A stretch of DNA of 54,107 nt, counting the filler, from Squatina squatina (Eukaryota): assembly GCA_031763465.1 (NCBI GenBank). It is 3 parts of 3 records of this genome, joined end to end, with 100 filler letters (N's around TTAATTAATTAA, not from the genome) between each part and the next. Parts side by side here need not be neighbours in the genome. Positions count along the whole stretch, not along the records: positions 1 to 14,949 come from JARFOE010000115.1; 2 more parts are not named here. One strand, written 5' to 3'. This document shows, piece by piece, positions 1-13,092 of the stretch. Position 1 is the first letter of the stretch. The number at the start of each line of letters is the position of its first letter. A program made the translations under genes and the position numbers. Under the pieces are notes generated by a model. That model did not search any database and was not told where the DNA came from. It saw only the letters and a list, made by a program, of their open reading frames with translations.

Positions 1-1401
1 TCCATTCGGAAGTTAATGTCTTTGAGATTTGTAACACTGAAGTACTGCAAAAATATAATCCTGCTTCAATGGTGCCTTATGTTCAGATATTCACAAATAA
101 GACAGATCAGAATTGTTCCAATGATTCAAACAAAGCTCTGGGATAATGCAACATTAAACTTCTTCAGGATTCCAGTCATGGACTGGAAGTTCTTTTGTTA
201 AAAAACCATTAGAAAAGGACATGATTATGACAAGAATACATTTGGATACTGTTACAGCAAAGGATAAACAGATGTTTTAAAATGAGGAATGTTTGATCAT
301 TATTTGAACAAAGCTCCCTTTTCAGAAAAAAAATTGACGGGCAACCTGCTTGCAGTTGATGGAATGCAATTCCTCCTTAAAATGGATTTTGTCTAAAGTT
401 ATCCCTGTTTTGGTCAGCATGCCTTGCTTAAACAACAACCAACCAAAGACACTAGGCGAATTGTTCATTTTCTGCAAGAGACTTCCAAGTCATGCTGCCA
501 CCCACAAATGTACAAATATTAAGAATACCCTTCAGGCAAACTAGCTGTGTTGACTGAGCCTGCCACGTGCCTGCATATTTGCTCACCGACTCAAAAATAA
601 ATTGAAGTTCGAAAAAGGAGTACCATGAATAATCGTCTTTATTTGTTTTGAGTGATGTGCATAAGTGATTTGAGTTAGCATTTAAACAATTTCAGAAATG
701 TATTTTTTGTACATTCACCCCAGTCTTGGATATCTGAAATAGCTGCCTAGTGTGAAATCTGCCCAGTTTGTCTATTGTACATTTCCCAATATCATTGCCA
801 CCCTTCCCCAGGTCAGTTTTAGGTAGGCTTTTTGAAACTTTTGCTACCAGATGCTATGAGAGAATTAATTTACATAAGTATTTTGTTTTTAAAACAATTG
901 GGGTATAGTTACAATGTTTTAAGTTGGAATTGTTTCAAAATAGTGGTCCTGAAATTATTGGGGCTCTGCTCCAACAGCAGAAGTGTGGCGGGGCAGAATT
1001 TCTGGTCGCCAGTCTGCTGCACAATGAACTCGCTCTAAAATCAAGATGCCCAGGACACAGTGTTACTGGGGTATCCACTTCTGAAAGGCAGAAATTTGGG
1101 ATAGATATAGATATATACATCTTTCATAGAGTAATAGGTTTATCCGACAGTATTTTAAATGCTCTGTGATTGATTACTGTTGGGAAACCAGCATTTGAGG
1201 CAGTTGTCGAGCTCACATCCACCAAGCTCTAGAACTGACATGCAAATAATGCCTGCGTGATACTGGTGCACTTTGCATTGCGGGCAATGGAGGTGGTACA
1301 GGTGGTGTTTCTGATGGATGACATCATCCCACCAGGCCTCCTTTTTTTGGTGGCCACCACATGGCCAGACAGAAGTGCCTGCCCCCACTTCCGGTGGAAT
1401 T

Positions 1402-1618
1402 TAAGAACATAAGAAATAGGAGTAAGCCATTCAGCCCCTCGAGCCTGCTCCACCATTTAGAGATCATTTAATGGCTGATCTGATTTTGGCCTCAACTCTA
1501 CTTTCCTGCCTGTTCCCCATAACTCTCAGCTCCCCTGTAGTTCAAAAATCTGTCTATCTCAGCCTTGAATATATTCAATGACTCAGCCTTCACAGCTCTC
1601 TGGGGTAAAGAATTCCAA
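1402..1618 (-). mobile_element. CR1 LINE 3' end (ORF2 C-terminus, 3' UTR and terminal microsatellite)
   Basis: Minus-strand peptide WNSLPQRAVKAESLNIFKAEIDRFL is the typical CR1 ORF2 tail. The element ends in ttcttatgttctta. Confidence 0.85.
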
Positions 1619-1718
1619 NNNNNNNNNNNNNNNNNNNNNNNNNNNNNNNNNNNNNNNNNNNNNNNNNNNNNNNNNNNNNNNNNNNNNNNNNNNNNNNNNN
1701 NNNNNNNNNNNNNNNNNN

Positions 1719-2220
1719 TGCACAATACTAGATCTAAAATAGCATGCTCCCTGGTTGAATCCTCAACATACTGATCTGGAAAACTATCTTGTATACATTC
1801 CATGAATTCATCCTCCATATTATTACTGCAAATTTGGTTTGCCCAGTCGATGTAGGTTAAAGTCCGCCAGGATTACCGTATTACCCTTGTTACATCCACC
1901 TCTCATTTCCTGATTTATACTCTGTCCAACATTACAACTACTGTTTGGGGGCCTATAAACGACTCCCACCAATGTTTTCTGCCCCTTGCTGTTTCTGAGT
2001 TCCACCCAAACTGATTCTACTTCTTGATTTTCAGAGCTAAGATCCTTTCTCTCTACTGTCTTAATAAAGGGTGGAATAATCAGGGCTACCCCTCCTCCTT
2101 TTCCATTTTGCTTATCACTTCTAAAAGTTAATTATACTGGAATATTTAGTTCACAACCTTGGTCACCTTGCAACCACATCTCCATAATGCTATTAGATCA
2201 AACCTATTAATTTCTATCTA
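1719..2220 (-). mobile_element. CR1 LINE endonuclease-region fragment (degenerate)
   Basis: Peptides LVGVVYRPPN...VILADFN and FMECIQDSF.DQYV...TREHAILDLVLC carry APE endonuclease motifs, split by a frameshift. Confidence 0.85.
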
Positions 2221-3186
2221 TGCTATTAATTAGATTTTATTGTGACAGGAAATGAGAGATTTGTTTAGTGTATTATGTGTAAATTAACATTATGCAAATC
2301 TAGAATTTTTGTAACAAAAAGAACCAATTAAAACTTGAAAATTTAAATTTAAAAAGTTCAACCACATCAAGTACAGCTTCCATGACTGCATAACATGGAC
2401 ATATCAGGGTGTTTTCTTAACATTACATTCCAAAACAGAGACTGCCTAAAAAAACTTCACCAGAATCTTTATCTTCTTGGTCATAAATAAGAATGCTGTT
2501 CAGAAGGTGAAAGTCTAAACTACTAAAGCAGCAGATTCCCAGGAAGAGGTTCAGGCAGCACCCATGAATGACACAAGAGGCAGAACCTGTCACACAACAT
2601 AAAATATTACATTCAGATGTTATGTAGAGACTCAAGATCAAATGTCCCACAAGAGCAACTGGTCATGGGAATTACTGTACATAAGTGGTATACAAAAGAC
2701 CAGCCTCGTCATCACTCAAGCACCGTGAAAGAGCAAACATAACCTATCCTCAGTGTAAAGGCAGAAAGACCCAAAGCATTATTTGTTGAAACATTATAGA
2801 AAAGTAAAGCGTACTTCCTAACAGTGTCAAATGGGTGAGAAGAATCCACACAACTTATTTTGGTCAGCCAGGTTTCTGAAATGCACAGAAACCTATTACC
2901 AAGCTTAAAACAGTCTCCAAACCAAATTCACACAGGTAAAGTTTCTGTTTGATCAATATGGAGTGCATTCTTGCCTCCGTAACAAAACCCCCTCCCCCTC
3001 CATACCCAAGTCCAGAGAGCTTAGTTGCAAATGTCAAGGCAAGGTAATTTACCCAGTCACCAAAAGTGTGTACGAAGGTCATTGATNNNNNNNNNNNNNN
3101 NNNNNNNNNNNNNNNNNNNNNNNNNNNNNNNNNNNNNNNNNNNNNNNNNNNNNNNNNNNNNNNNNNNNNNNNNNNNNNNNNNNNNN

Positions 3187-3890
3187 GGGCGGAAGCCGAC
3201 GTTTCTCGCGCCGGCTCCCGCCCACCGCTGAATTTGTTGTTCCGGGGGGGGGAGCAAGGCGCTGCATTACCGGCCTCGCTCCCGGGTGGAACTTGGGCGG
3301 CTGGCCTGGTACGTCGCTGGTGTGGCCTCAGCCCCGCGTCAGTGTGCTACGTGCTGATATCAGGAACACTGCCAGGCCTCCCTTAAAGGGGAGGGCTGCT
3401 AGCCATCATGACGGCACCCTGTGGCCCGCCACTGGGCCACCAGGGACGTTGGCGACCGGGCCACCAGCCTGGCACACCAGTCAGCATGCCAGGTGAAAGG
3501 GTCGTGGCCCGATCCGGCCATGGGCCGCTATCATGAAAACAAAGATGGCGGCCGCAGGCACACAGGCCCTCTCCTCTAAGAGGGCTGATGCAGCAACAGG
3601 TTTCCCTGTCGCTGCAATGTCCGGTGCTGCGGCCACGTCCCGCAGGTGAATTCTGCCTGCGGGACACAAACGGGCTGCAAAGGGGGTTGTGGCTGAGCGG
3701 TGTGGATCGACGCACATCTTTATGACGTCACGCGCTGACCCGATGCGGAATTCAGCTGGCCAGGTGCAAAGGCCTTTGCGCCCCAGCTGAATTCCCCGGG
3801 AGGTGAGATGGCTGCCTCCTGGTGCCATTTTGTTTTGTTTCGCACTGCTAGCACCCTTCGAGGGCGCAACGGGAGATGAATTTCTAGCCC
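3187..3890. mobile_element. GC/CpG-rich putative non-autonomous DNA transposon end (Harbinger-like MITE)
   Basis: CpG-rich block ending in gaatttctagccc, which resembles TIR-like starts seen elsewhere in the window (e.g. 17998, 37216, 38221). No credible ORF. Family assignment is inference. Confidence 0.4.
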
Positions 3891-4224
3891 ATGGACTTTT
3901 TTTCTGAAATTAGAGAAGGAATTTTAGCCCAATGTCATCCAATAAATTGACTTTCCAGCAGGGTGTCACTGGCTAACAATCACCTGTCTGATTTCCTCCT
4001 CTGCCCAACCCCCAGCCCTTGGGCACTTAGACAAATTGAAGCAGCCGCAACATTTGCTCTGGTGAACCTGTGATCTTTTCACCTGTATGAATTATTAGCT
4101 TACCTTGTAGTGCCATTACCCATTATCTGATAGGATTTTTAAGAGCTAAATAGTCACAGTGTTCATGCTTACACAAATCCATATTTAGATTCTGAACAAT
4201 GTTTTTCAAGTCACCAAGGATGAG

Positions 4225-4705
4225 TATTTGAATGAGCTCGAGGAACAGCAGCTCATCTTGCAATTAGGCATTTTACAGCCTTCTGGACTCAATATTGAGT
4301 TCAACAATTTCAGTTCATAACCTCTGTCCCCACTTTTTTGGATGGCTGTTGCTGCTGTTAATTCTGATATTCTCATTTACACCTCCTCTAGACCCATCTT
4401 TTATTTCTTAAAGTCCCATTACCATCTCCTTTTGCCTTGCACCATCACCCCTTTTGTATTTTAATTTCTCCTGCTTTCCACCCTATCACAGGCCTGTCCT
4501 TTTGTTCTTTTCTCTTTCCCTGCCTCTGCATTTGCTTAAAACCTGTTACATCTCTAACTTTTTCCAGTTCTGACCATCTGAAACATTTCAACCTGAAACA
4601 TTAACTCTTTTTCTGTCTCCACAGATACTGCCTGACTGCTGAATATTTCCAGCATTTTCTATTTTTATTTCAGATTTCCAGCATCCGCACTATTTTGCTT
4701 TTGTA
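4225..4705 (+). mobile_element. Penelope-like element 3' part (GIY-YIG C-terminus plus tail)
   Basis: Translates as ELEEQQLILQLGILQPSGLNIEFNNF, followed by the characteristic tail ctgaaacattaac...acagatactgcctga...tttccagcattttct...tttcagatttccagcatc. Confidence 0.8.
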
Positions 4706-7039
4706 TTAGTATTTGCATTCCTTTGCCAGTTTCGTACAGGTCAGCTGCTTTGTTATTTCTGACATTCAACACTTGCAGTTGGGAACCTGAATGTGCCAGC
4801 ACCTGCCATCGCCAAGTTCAAATGAATCTGAGCTGGATTTATTTAGATCACAATCAATCAGTCCTGTCTGCACTCAGCCTTGATCAGAGATTTGTCTGCT
4901 GTGTAAGTTTTCATCCAAGTATCTTTTTAATTAAAATTCTCAGACATAATTAGTGCCAGACTTGGGAGTCTTCAAATATGCTCAACAGTAAACAGCTCTT
5001 GCATGCTAATAAACAGACGCCACAGACCTTCGAGTCTAGTTAGTGCATGGGAGTCATTTCATTTGTTACTATCACTTAAATAAATGATGTCGCCTCTGAA
5101 ACAGATGCAGTTTGATNNNNNNNNNNNNNNNNNNNNNNNNNNNNNNNNNNNNNNNNNNNNNNNNNNNNNNNNNNNNNNNNNNNNNNNNNNNNNNNNNNNN
5201 NNNNNNNNNNNNNNNNCAAACTGAACGCATTTGGGGTAGATTTTACAAATTGATACTTTTGTTGCAACGCTTCACGCACTGGGAGTACATACTTGGGATT
5301 TGGGCAGGGTGGGCAGCAGGTCCCATAGGAAATTTCATCCACAGTAGACAGAAAATTCTGTGGGTCCTGCTGACCTACCCACCTGAATTCTGTACATGTT
5401 CTTTGTGCATGCAACAACAACACAAAATCATAAAATCGACCTTATATTTGATGTGTGGTATGTACAATGGATTGTAAACAACATAACATCACTTTTATAA
5501 ATGAATATTCTACTATCTTAATATTCTACTTTTTAATTACTTCATTACATTATTTGGATATTGAAAGTGACCTGTTTACAATTACTCCAGACCCTTTCTA
5601 ATTGTTGCAAATTACTTTTGTTTTTAACTAAAAGTTTAGTAGTTTCAGCATTGGCAAAATAGTTGTTTATTTCTATGTATTATTCCTTTAATCGAGAGAT
5701 TCCTGCATCAATACTGTATTGCTGGCCATTTTCCGGACTCCAGTTTACATTAGCATCAGGTGGGGCAGATTCACTATTGTCATCATTTAAGTCCTAGTCA
5801 GCAGGACAAAATTGCAGAACATCCTGAGGGATACTTACTTAGACAGTCCATCAGGGATGCGGTCAAGGGAAGGTCAATTACTGACATCAAATACAGAGCC
5901 AAAAAGTGCTGACCTTAATCATTGCCTCTGCAGACTTTTAAAATGCTGCAACTCAGCATAATATTATTGAATTCACCTTTCAAATTTAGCTCCTTTAATC
6001 TGACACAGAGAACCTTTCTTGCAAGTCAATGACTTTAACACCTAATTAATCATGCAAACTTTGATCACAGAACCAAAGCATAACCTCCTGATTCTGATAA
6101 AGCTGTCTGCCAATTTTTTCTGTCTTAATTCATTATTTAATAACCATTTAAAAGTCATCTTGACAATGAGAGACGTATAACCCATAAAGAAACAACAATT
6201 AATCTCTCTTTATTTTTGTAGTTGCAGTTACTCATTGTAAGGGTTTTGACAGCAGGGTTTGAAAGTCTGTATATCTGTTGCACATGCAGTACGATGGGCC
6301 AGATTATTTTCCAATTAATATTTTTCACCTGGAAGTCGTGCTAATGATTTTACATGACTTTCAGTCACATATAATCAGCGTGTCTTTTATTTTTTAAATT
6401 TCTGTCCTTTCCTGAAGGCATTGAGTCATGTTGCAGTATGGGTCAACAGGCTGTGACCAGTGAGAAAAAGAGAAATTTATTGCAATCTTTAATACTCTCA
6501 GTAAACTGTAAACGCTGTAACTACTGGTCATTATTTGTCCACTCATGTTCGCACAGTAGCTGACTTCCCTAGACCTAAGGTCCTCTGCCTCCATGTCCTG
6601 CTTTTCTTTGCCTGCCTCAACTCCTGTTTCCTTCTCCTCAACCCTGTTTCTGCATTCATACTCCACCCTCCCAAAAGTGCAAATGGCATAAGTTGATACA
6701 TTCCATCCATTGCTCATACCTTGCTGAACTCCTAGACTGGCACTGTCTAGCGGTCACATCTCTCTTGAAAGGTTCATGGCCTCCCGATGCTCTAACCTAG
6801 GCATCTTTCACTATACCCACTACAACATATGATTCTAATTTTCTCCAAGCAGTCATCCAAGGTACCTCAATAGCCTCTCCTGATGCTTACCCCTTCCACC
6901 ATGCTCCTCAGAAGTCAACATTTCCACTCCCTTCTTATCCCCCCTGCTACCCTCTCCGTTATGTGTTCTTCAATGATTCCTCTGGCTCTTTCAGAGACTC
7001 TCTGATAACTGCATCCCTCTGTACCATCCATCATACCTC

Positions 7040-7200
7040 TAAATATTCACTTCCTTGTCAACAAGTCCCTTCCATCACCACCTCATACTGGATGAGAGCA
7101 TAAGCACCCTGGGCTTGACCAAAATCTGTCTCATCTTCCCTCCTCACCAAGTCTATCCTGATCAGCTACACGTCCTGCTGTATCCCCTGCCCAAACTTGT
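7040..7200 (+). mobile_element. Decayed L2-type LINE endonuclease N-terminus
   Basis: NIHFLVNK...HLILDESISTLGLTKICL resembles NIRSLANK...DILALTETWL, with a frameshift. Confidence 0.4.
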
Positions 7201-7444
7201 CACAGAAGTGTGATCAAATTAGTATGATCACAATTTAATTTAAATGATACATTGAGGCTCCTGCTTGTTTTAGGCAGGAGCTCCCTAGTACCATTTAGTT
7301 CAGAACTGCAAAAGTGTGTGATATGTAAAATGGGTAACATTCCAACACCCACTTTACATCCAAAAATTGTCTGTTACCGATCAGAAAATCTCTGTTTGTG
7401 ATTCATGCTCAGATATCGTTGCCAATCATAGCACCTGGACCACT

Positions 7445-7556
7445 GTCCAAGCTGAGATCAGCCAATTTAGCACAGAACGAGGGTTGAAAGCTGTGACCTT
7501 CCTAATCTGTGTGACACAGTAACATACTGAACAGTGCATTTACTAGCTGAGTCCTC
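7445..7556 (-). mobile_element. tRNA-derived SINE head (LF-SINE-like), degenerate
   Basis: Reverse complement reads gactcagctagtaaatgcactg...ggaaggtcacagctttcaacc...tgtgctaaattggctgatctcagc, with A/B-box-like segments. Confidence 0.45.
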
Positions 7557-7904
7557 AGTGCATTCCATCAAGGAGTGTTTGTACAGTGCGCGTTCATTGA
7601 GTAGCACTTGTGCAGTGTGCTGAACTACATGCACCCATTTTGAGCACAAGCCTTATATGTGATACAAAAGAATTTAAATGAATGTCGCTCAGAATTCCAA
7701 TGGGATCTTTTTGCTCTTTTTTCTTTGTATGCCCATTTTCAATGGGTGCAAAGGAAGCTGCTTGGCCCAGGAATGTTTATAATGTCTGGACAGTACTTTT
7801 TGAATGTAGTATTCTTGGTGAGACATTTTTTTCCATATTTCTGAATTTTTAATGAAAATATTGATCTGTGTCTCAACATGGATTCACCTTCGACCTCCTT
7901 TATG

Positions 7905-8125
7905 TCTGCCACTTCTTTCCTCTCATCCTGTATTCAAATCCTCTCGCTATGAAGGCCAACATACCATTTGCCTTCTTAACCGCCTGCGACACCTGCATGC
8001 TTACTTTCAGCGACTGGTGCACAAGGGCACCCAGGTCTCATTGCATCTCCCCTTTTCCTAATCTATCGCCGTTCAGATAATAACCTGCCTTCCTGTTTTT
8101 GCTATCAAAGTGAATAACCTCACAT
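7905..8125 (-). mobile_element. CR1 LINE reverse transcriptase fragment
   Basis: CEVIHF...YYLNG..L....Q*DLGALVHQSLKVSMQV.QAVKKANGMLAFIARGFEY. Confidence 0.85.
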
Positions 8126-8225
8126 NNNNNNNNNNNNNNNNNNNNNNNNNNNNNNNNNNNNNNNNNNNNNNNNNNNNNNNNNNNNNNNNNNNNNNNNNNN
8201 NNNNNNNNNNNNNNNNNNNNNNNNN

Positions 8226-9134
8226 GCGGAAACAGGGCAGTCACACCCCGAAATTGGTGTGGAAGAACTTACCACTGAGATGTCTGGGGGTGGAGCGAGA
8301 TGTCTGGGGTGGGGAAAGGTTGTGGGTCAGGGTCAGGAGTGTGAGTGTGAGTATATATAGAGCCTGGTCTCCAAATGTCTCGAACCGCCTTATCATTGGG
8401 CCACAACCTTGATCTACCAAGCCCGTGTGGTAGCTGATGTGCAACGGCCACCTCACATTAAGAGAATTCACACGCCAGCATCTTCCACCCCATCAAATGA
8501 AGTTTGGGACCTGGAACATCAGGACCCTCACGGATAACCCCAACGACAGACCTGAACATCGCACCTCCATCATAACCCGGGAACTCAGACATTACGACAT
8601 CGACGCCTTGATTGAGACACGGTGGGCAGGAGAAGTCCAACTCAAGGAGCAAGGCAGCGGATACACCTTCTTCTGGAAATGTAAATCAGAGGAAGAACGC
8701 CATCTCCATGGGGTTGGCTTTGTCATAAAAAATGAATTAGTCGGCTGTCTTAGCGAGTCCCCTTTTGGGATTAACGAACGCCTCATGAACCTTTGGCTCA
8801 CACTAATCCAGAACTAGCACACCACAGTCGTCAGTGTGTACGCCCCAACCCTGGAAGCAATGGACGAGGCCAAAGAGGAATTCTACTCCAGCCTTGAACA
8901 ATCCCTGTCCCGTGTCCCAAAGGGAGACAAGCTGATCCTCCTCAGCGATTTCAATGCCACAGTCGGGAAGGACACAAATCTCTGGAAAGATGTGATTGGC
9001 AGGGAAGGAGTAGGGAAAACAAACTCTTAAACAACACCCTATTTCGTCAGAGAGACAAGTACAAGACCTCATGGCAGCACCCTCACACAAGGTATTGGCA
9101 CCTGATAGACTGTCATCGTTTGAGCGAGGGACTG
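8226..9134 (+). mobile_element. RTE-clade (BovB-like) LINE 5' UTR and endonuclease, degenerate
   Basis: MKFGTWNIRTL...RELRHYDIDAL.ETRWAGE.QLKEQG.GYTFFW...HGVGF and YAPTL...KEEFY...LILL.DFNA.VG. Contains in-frame stops. Confidence 0.9.
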
Positions 9135-9234
9135 NNNNNNNNNNNNNNNNNNNNNNNNNNNNNNNNNNNNNNNNNNNNNNNNNNNNNNNNNNNNNNNNNN
9201 NNNNNNNNNNNNNNNNNNNNNNNNNNNNNNNNNN

Positions 9235-11068
9235 AGTGAGGCATGGCGGGCAGGAGAAGGCCAGCTCAAGGAACAAGGCGGCGGTTACACCTTCTTCTGA
9301 AAAGGAAAAACAGAGGAAGAACGTTGTCTCCATGGGGTCGGCTTCGCCATAAAAAATGAACTAATCAGGCGTTTTAGCAAGTCCCCTTGAGGGATAAACA
9401 AACACCTCATGACCCTTTGGCACACTGTAACCCGGAACCAGTACAACACGGTCACCAGTGCGTACGCCCCAACCCTAGAATCAACGGACAAGACCAAAGA
9501 GGAATTCTACTCCAGCCTTGAACAATTCCTGCCCTGTGTCCGAAAGGGAGACAAGTGGATTCTCCTTGGTGATCTCAATGCCAGAGTTGGGAAGGAGGCA
9601 AACTTCTGGAAAGGCGTGACTGACAGGGAAGGAGTAGGGAAAACAAACTCCAACAGCGTTCTCCTCCTGACAAAATGCTTAGAACGTGGTCTTGTCATAA
9701 CCAACACCCTATTTCATCAGAGAGACAAATACAAGACCTCGTGGCAACACCCTCGCTCCAGGCATTGGTACCTACTAGACTACATCATCGATCAAGCGAG
9801 GGACTGGTTTGACAAGAACAACCAGGAGATCCAGGAGCTATTAAACTGCAAACACAGGGCGTTCTTGAATTGAAAGCACCACTAAAACTCGAGCGAAAGA
9901 AAACCGGTCTACAGGCAAATGAAGGCCGAGGTCCAACAAAAAACCCGGGACCTAAAAAATAGATGGTGGGTGGAAAGAGCTCAGGAGATCCAGCAACTTG
10001 CCGACAACCACGATGTGCGTGGATTCTTCAGTACAGTCAAGATCATCTATGGCCCAAGCACCCAAGGACCTACCCCGCTGAAAGCGAAGAATTGAGAGGT
10101 GCTCTTCAAGGACAGAGGCAGTCAGCACCCGCTGGAAGGAGCACTTCGAGGAACACCTCAACCAAGACTCAGTCTTTGACATGATATGCCCTTGATCCCA
10201 TCCCACAGCATGCTACCCACCACTATCTCAGCACAACCACAGCCCGACAGGAGGTTGAAAAGGCCACCTGACAGCTGAAAAACAAGGCCTCCGCGCAGAT
10301 GGAATTCCCGCCGAAATATAAAAATCCGGCAGAGAGGAACTCTTGTCACGAATCCATGATCTCATCTCCCTTATCTGGGATGAGGAGTGCATCCAAGGGG
10401 ATCTCAGAAACGCCGTAATCGTGACCATCAACAAGAAAAGAGACAAGTACGATTGCGGAAGCTAGAGGGACCTCCCTGCTGTCCGCCCCAGGGAAGGTCA
10501 TCGCAAGAATCCTCCTCAACCGTCTCCTCCCAGTCACAATGTGGGTTCCACCTATCAAGAGGCACAATGGACGTGATCTTCAGCGTGTAGCAAGTCCAAT
10601 AAAATGCAAAGAGCAGCATCAACCTCTGCGCATGGCCTTCTTTGACCTCACAAAGGCCTTTGACTCTGTCAACCGGGAGGGATTATGTAGTGTCCTTCTC
10701 AAATTTGGCTGCCCACGAAAATTTGTCACCATCCTTCGCCTGCTTCACGATGATATGCAAGCCGTGAACCGCACCAACGGATCCACCACAGACCCAATGC
10801 AAGTGCAAACTGGGGTCAAGTAAGGCTGTGTCATTGGCCCAACTCTTCTCCATCTTCCTCACCGCAACATCTCCATGAAGGTCCCTGCTGGAGTGGAGCT
10901 AATCTACGAGCGGGAAACTGTTCAACCTCCACCGTCTCCAGTCCAGAACCAAGACCACCCCAACCTTTGTCATCGAGCTGCAGTACATAGACGGCGCTTG
11001 CTTGCGCACACTCGGAGGCTGAGCTCCAAGCCATCATTGATTCATTCGCCAAGGCATACGAAATAATG
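9235..11068 (+). mobile_element. Second RTE-clade LINE copy, endonuclease to RT, internally deleted
   Basis: AYAPTL...LLGDLNARVG...TSWQHPRSRHWYLLDYI joins directly to DWFD.NNQEIQELL. Later RT motifs AFFDLTKAFDSVNREGL and LLHDDM...TGVK*GC. Many frameshifts. Confidence 0.9.
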
Positions 11069-11454
11069 NNNNNNNNNNNNNNNNNNNNNNNNNNNNNNNN
11101 NNNNNNNNNNNNNNNNNNNNNNNNNNNNNNNNNNNNNNNNNNNNNNNNNNNNNNNNNNNNNNNNNNNNTTAATTCCAAACATTTTTCAAGGAGTGCCATT
11201 TCTTAAAAAGGTAAGCACATCAGCATAATAGCTATGCGTAAAATACCTTTTCCTCCAGTGCCATTCTCAATTCTTCAAATAATATCCATTGCTGAGCTGC
11301 TGTTTTGCAACAAATGGCAAATAAATGCTCACCACAATTTTCAAATCATTTCCATACATTTCAGCTAGCAACAATGAAAAATTATCAATGGCGACTAAAT
11401 GGTAAGCATCTCTCCAAAGCAGTTGACAGCTTCCATTGGGTAAAGCGGAAAACC

Positions 11455-11786
11455 TTTTGAAGTGTACTCACTGTTGTTATGCAGACAAGTGCTGCAACCA
11501 ATCTGCACACAACAAGGTCCCACAGAGAGCAATGAGATAGAAGACAAGTTAACTTTTTTTTGGAGACATCAATCGAGAAGTAACGCGTTGGCCAGCACAT
11601 CAGAACTCCTCTGCTCTTCTTCAAATAATGCTACTGGGGTCTTTTACATGCACCTGAGCATGTAGATGGGTTTGGCTTGATGCCTCATCTGAAAAATGGT
11701 ACCTCTGACAGTGTAGCACCCCTTCAGTACTGCAAGAAAATGTCAGTCTAGATTATGTGCTTAAGTTCCTGGAGTGGTGCTTGAAG
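11455..11786 (-). mobile_element. SacSINE1-like Deu-core SINE (degenerate)
   Basis: Reverse complement matches the recalled shark DeuSINE layout: B-box ttcaagcaccactccagg, gcagtactgaagggg...tgtcagaggtacc, Deu core, acaacagtgagtacacttcaaaa. Confidence 0.75.
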
Positions 11787-12230
11787 ATTTTCATTCCAGT
11801 GGACAGAAAATTGTGAGCAGTTTTTAACCTAATTTTACAACAAGAGCTTTTGCCTGCTAAGCTCTTACACCTGACATTGAAGAGAAAAATCTGGATCCTA
11901 ATCATGAACATCTCATCTTGTGAGATTAGATGTTTATAAAAATTGCACAAAGATGAGAATTCCACATGTAAAACCAGCATGACAGTACAATGTTTTGAAA
12001 TTCCTACAGACTGTGTCATAGTCCCCAGTTACCTGCATGAAGAGTTTCCAACCTTGGTTGTTTTGTCAAAGAAGTGTGGTAAGTGTAAGCTAGGCACTTT
12101 CCCACAGATGGGAGCGAATTTGAGGCAGACACCTGTTCCTCCCCCAGCCTGGGTCACTCTTACACACTGCTGGCTGATGTATAGAGTGCCACTAGCAAAA
12201 GCCTGATGAAATAGTGGAATATCTTACAAA

Positions 12231-12393
12231 TAATGATCCTGTTAAGCTGTGCGGCTGTGAAGCGGACTGGAGGTCTTGTGCAGGCCACTCACCGGCTTTT
12301 ACATGGGAGAAACTGCGCATGCGTGAAAATTTGAATGGGCCGCACAGCCAGTTAAAGGGACCGCATACCAAAAAAAAATTCCAGGGAACATTG
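12231..12393. mobile_element. Small hAT-like MITE
   Basis: Imperfect TIRs taatgatcctgttaag / cagggaacattg, with inner inverted segments ctgtgcggc / gccgcacag. Confidence 0.5.
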
Positions 12394-12767
12394 CACACAA
12401 TGTTAAGGAAAATACAGTGAGAATTAAAAGCAGACATGCATTAGACTGATGTGCACTAGACGCTCAAGGAGCTTTAATTGTGGACTGATGTGGAGCGAGG
12501 AGGGGTGGAATTTTATTAATCTGCTTTCTTGTGCTGTTTTGACTTCTCTAGCTGCTGTTGTGCTGTAACCTTACTTGAAATGTTTCAAAGTAGTGAACCT
12601 TTACTGTAACTATGTCATCTGCCAGTGCCCCATCTTAAAACAATGGCACCCTGTGCAGTTTTAGTTTCAGGATCGAAGCAGCACTGACTCCAATATCGAA
12701 CAAACTTGTGCGATTAAAGTAAGGTGTAACAGCAAGACACATAATTGTATAAGAAAAAACAAGCAAA

Positions 12768-13092
12768 GAAACAAGGACTTACATTCATGCAGCTTTTCAT
12801 AACCTCAGAATGTCCCAAAGCGCTTTACAGCCAATGAATTACTTTTAAAGTGCAGTCACTGTTGCAACAGAGGAAACACGGTAGCCAATTTGCCGACAGC
12901 AAACTCCCACAGACAGCAATGTGATACTGACCAAATAATCTGTTTTAGTGATGTAGGTTGAGGGATAAATATTGGCCAAGACCACAGGGAGAACTCCCCT
13001 GCTCTTCAAAAAAGTGCCATGGGATCTTTTACACCCACATGAGAGGGCAGACAGGGCTTCAGTTTAACATCTCATCCGAAAGATGGTAGCAG
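12768..13092 (-). mobile_element. SacSINE1-like Deu-core SINE
   Basis: Tail gtcccaaagcgctttacagccaatgaa and core aaactcccacagacagcaatgtgat...gagggataaatattggcca...gtgccatgggatcttttac. Confidence 0.8.

Noticed and set aside
2438-2936. Exon-like segment bounded by acceptor and donor motifs
   Set aside because: Stops in all three frames and no recognisable homology.
4560-4610. Hammerhead ribozyme expected in a Penelope tail
   Set aside because: The CTGATGA core is mutated (ctgacca). Only GAAAC remains, so no intact ribozyme can be supported.
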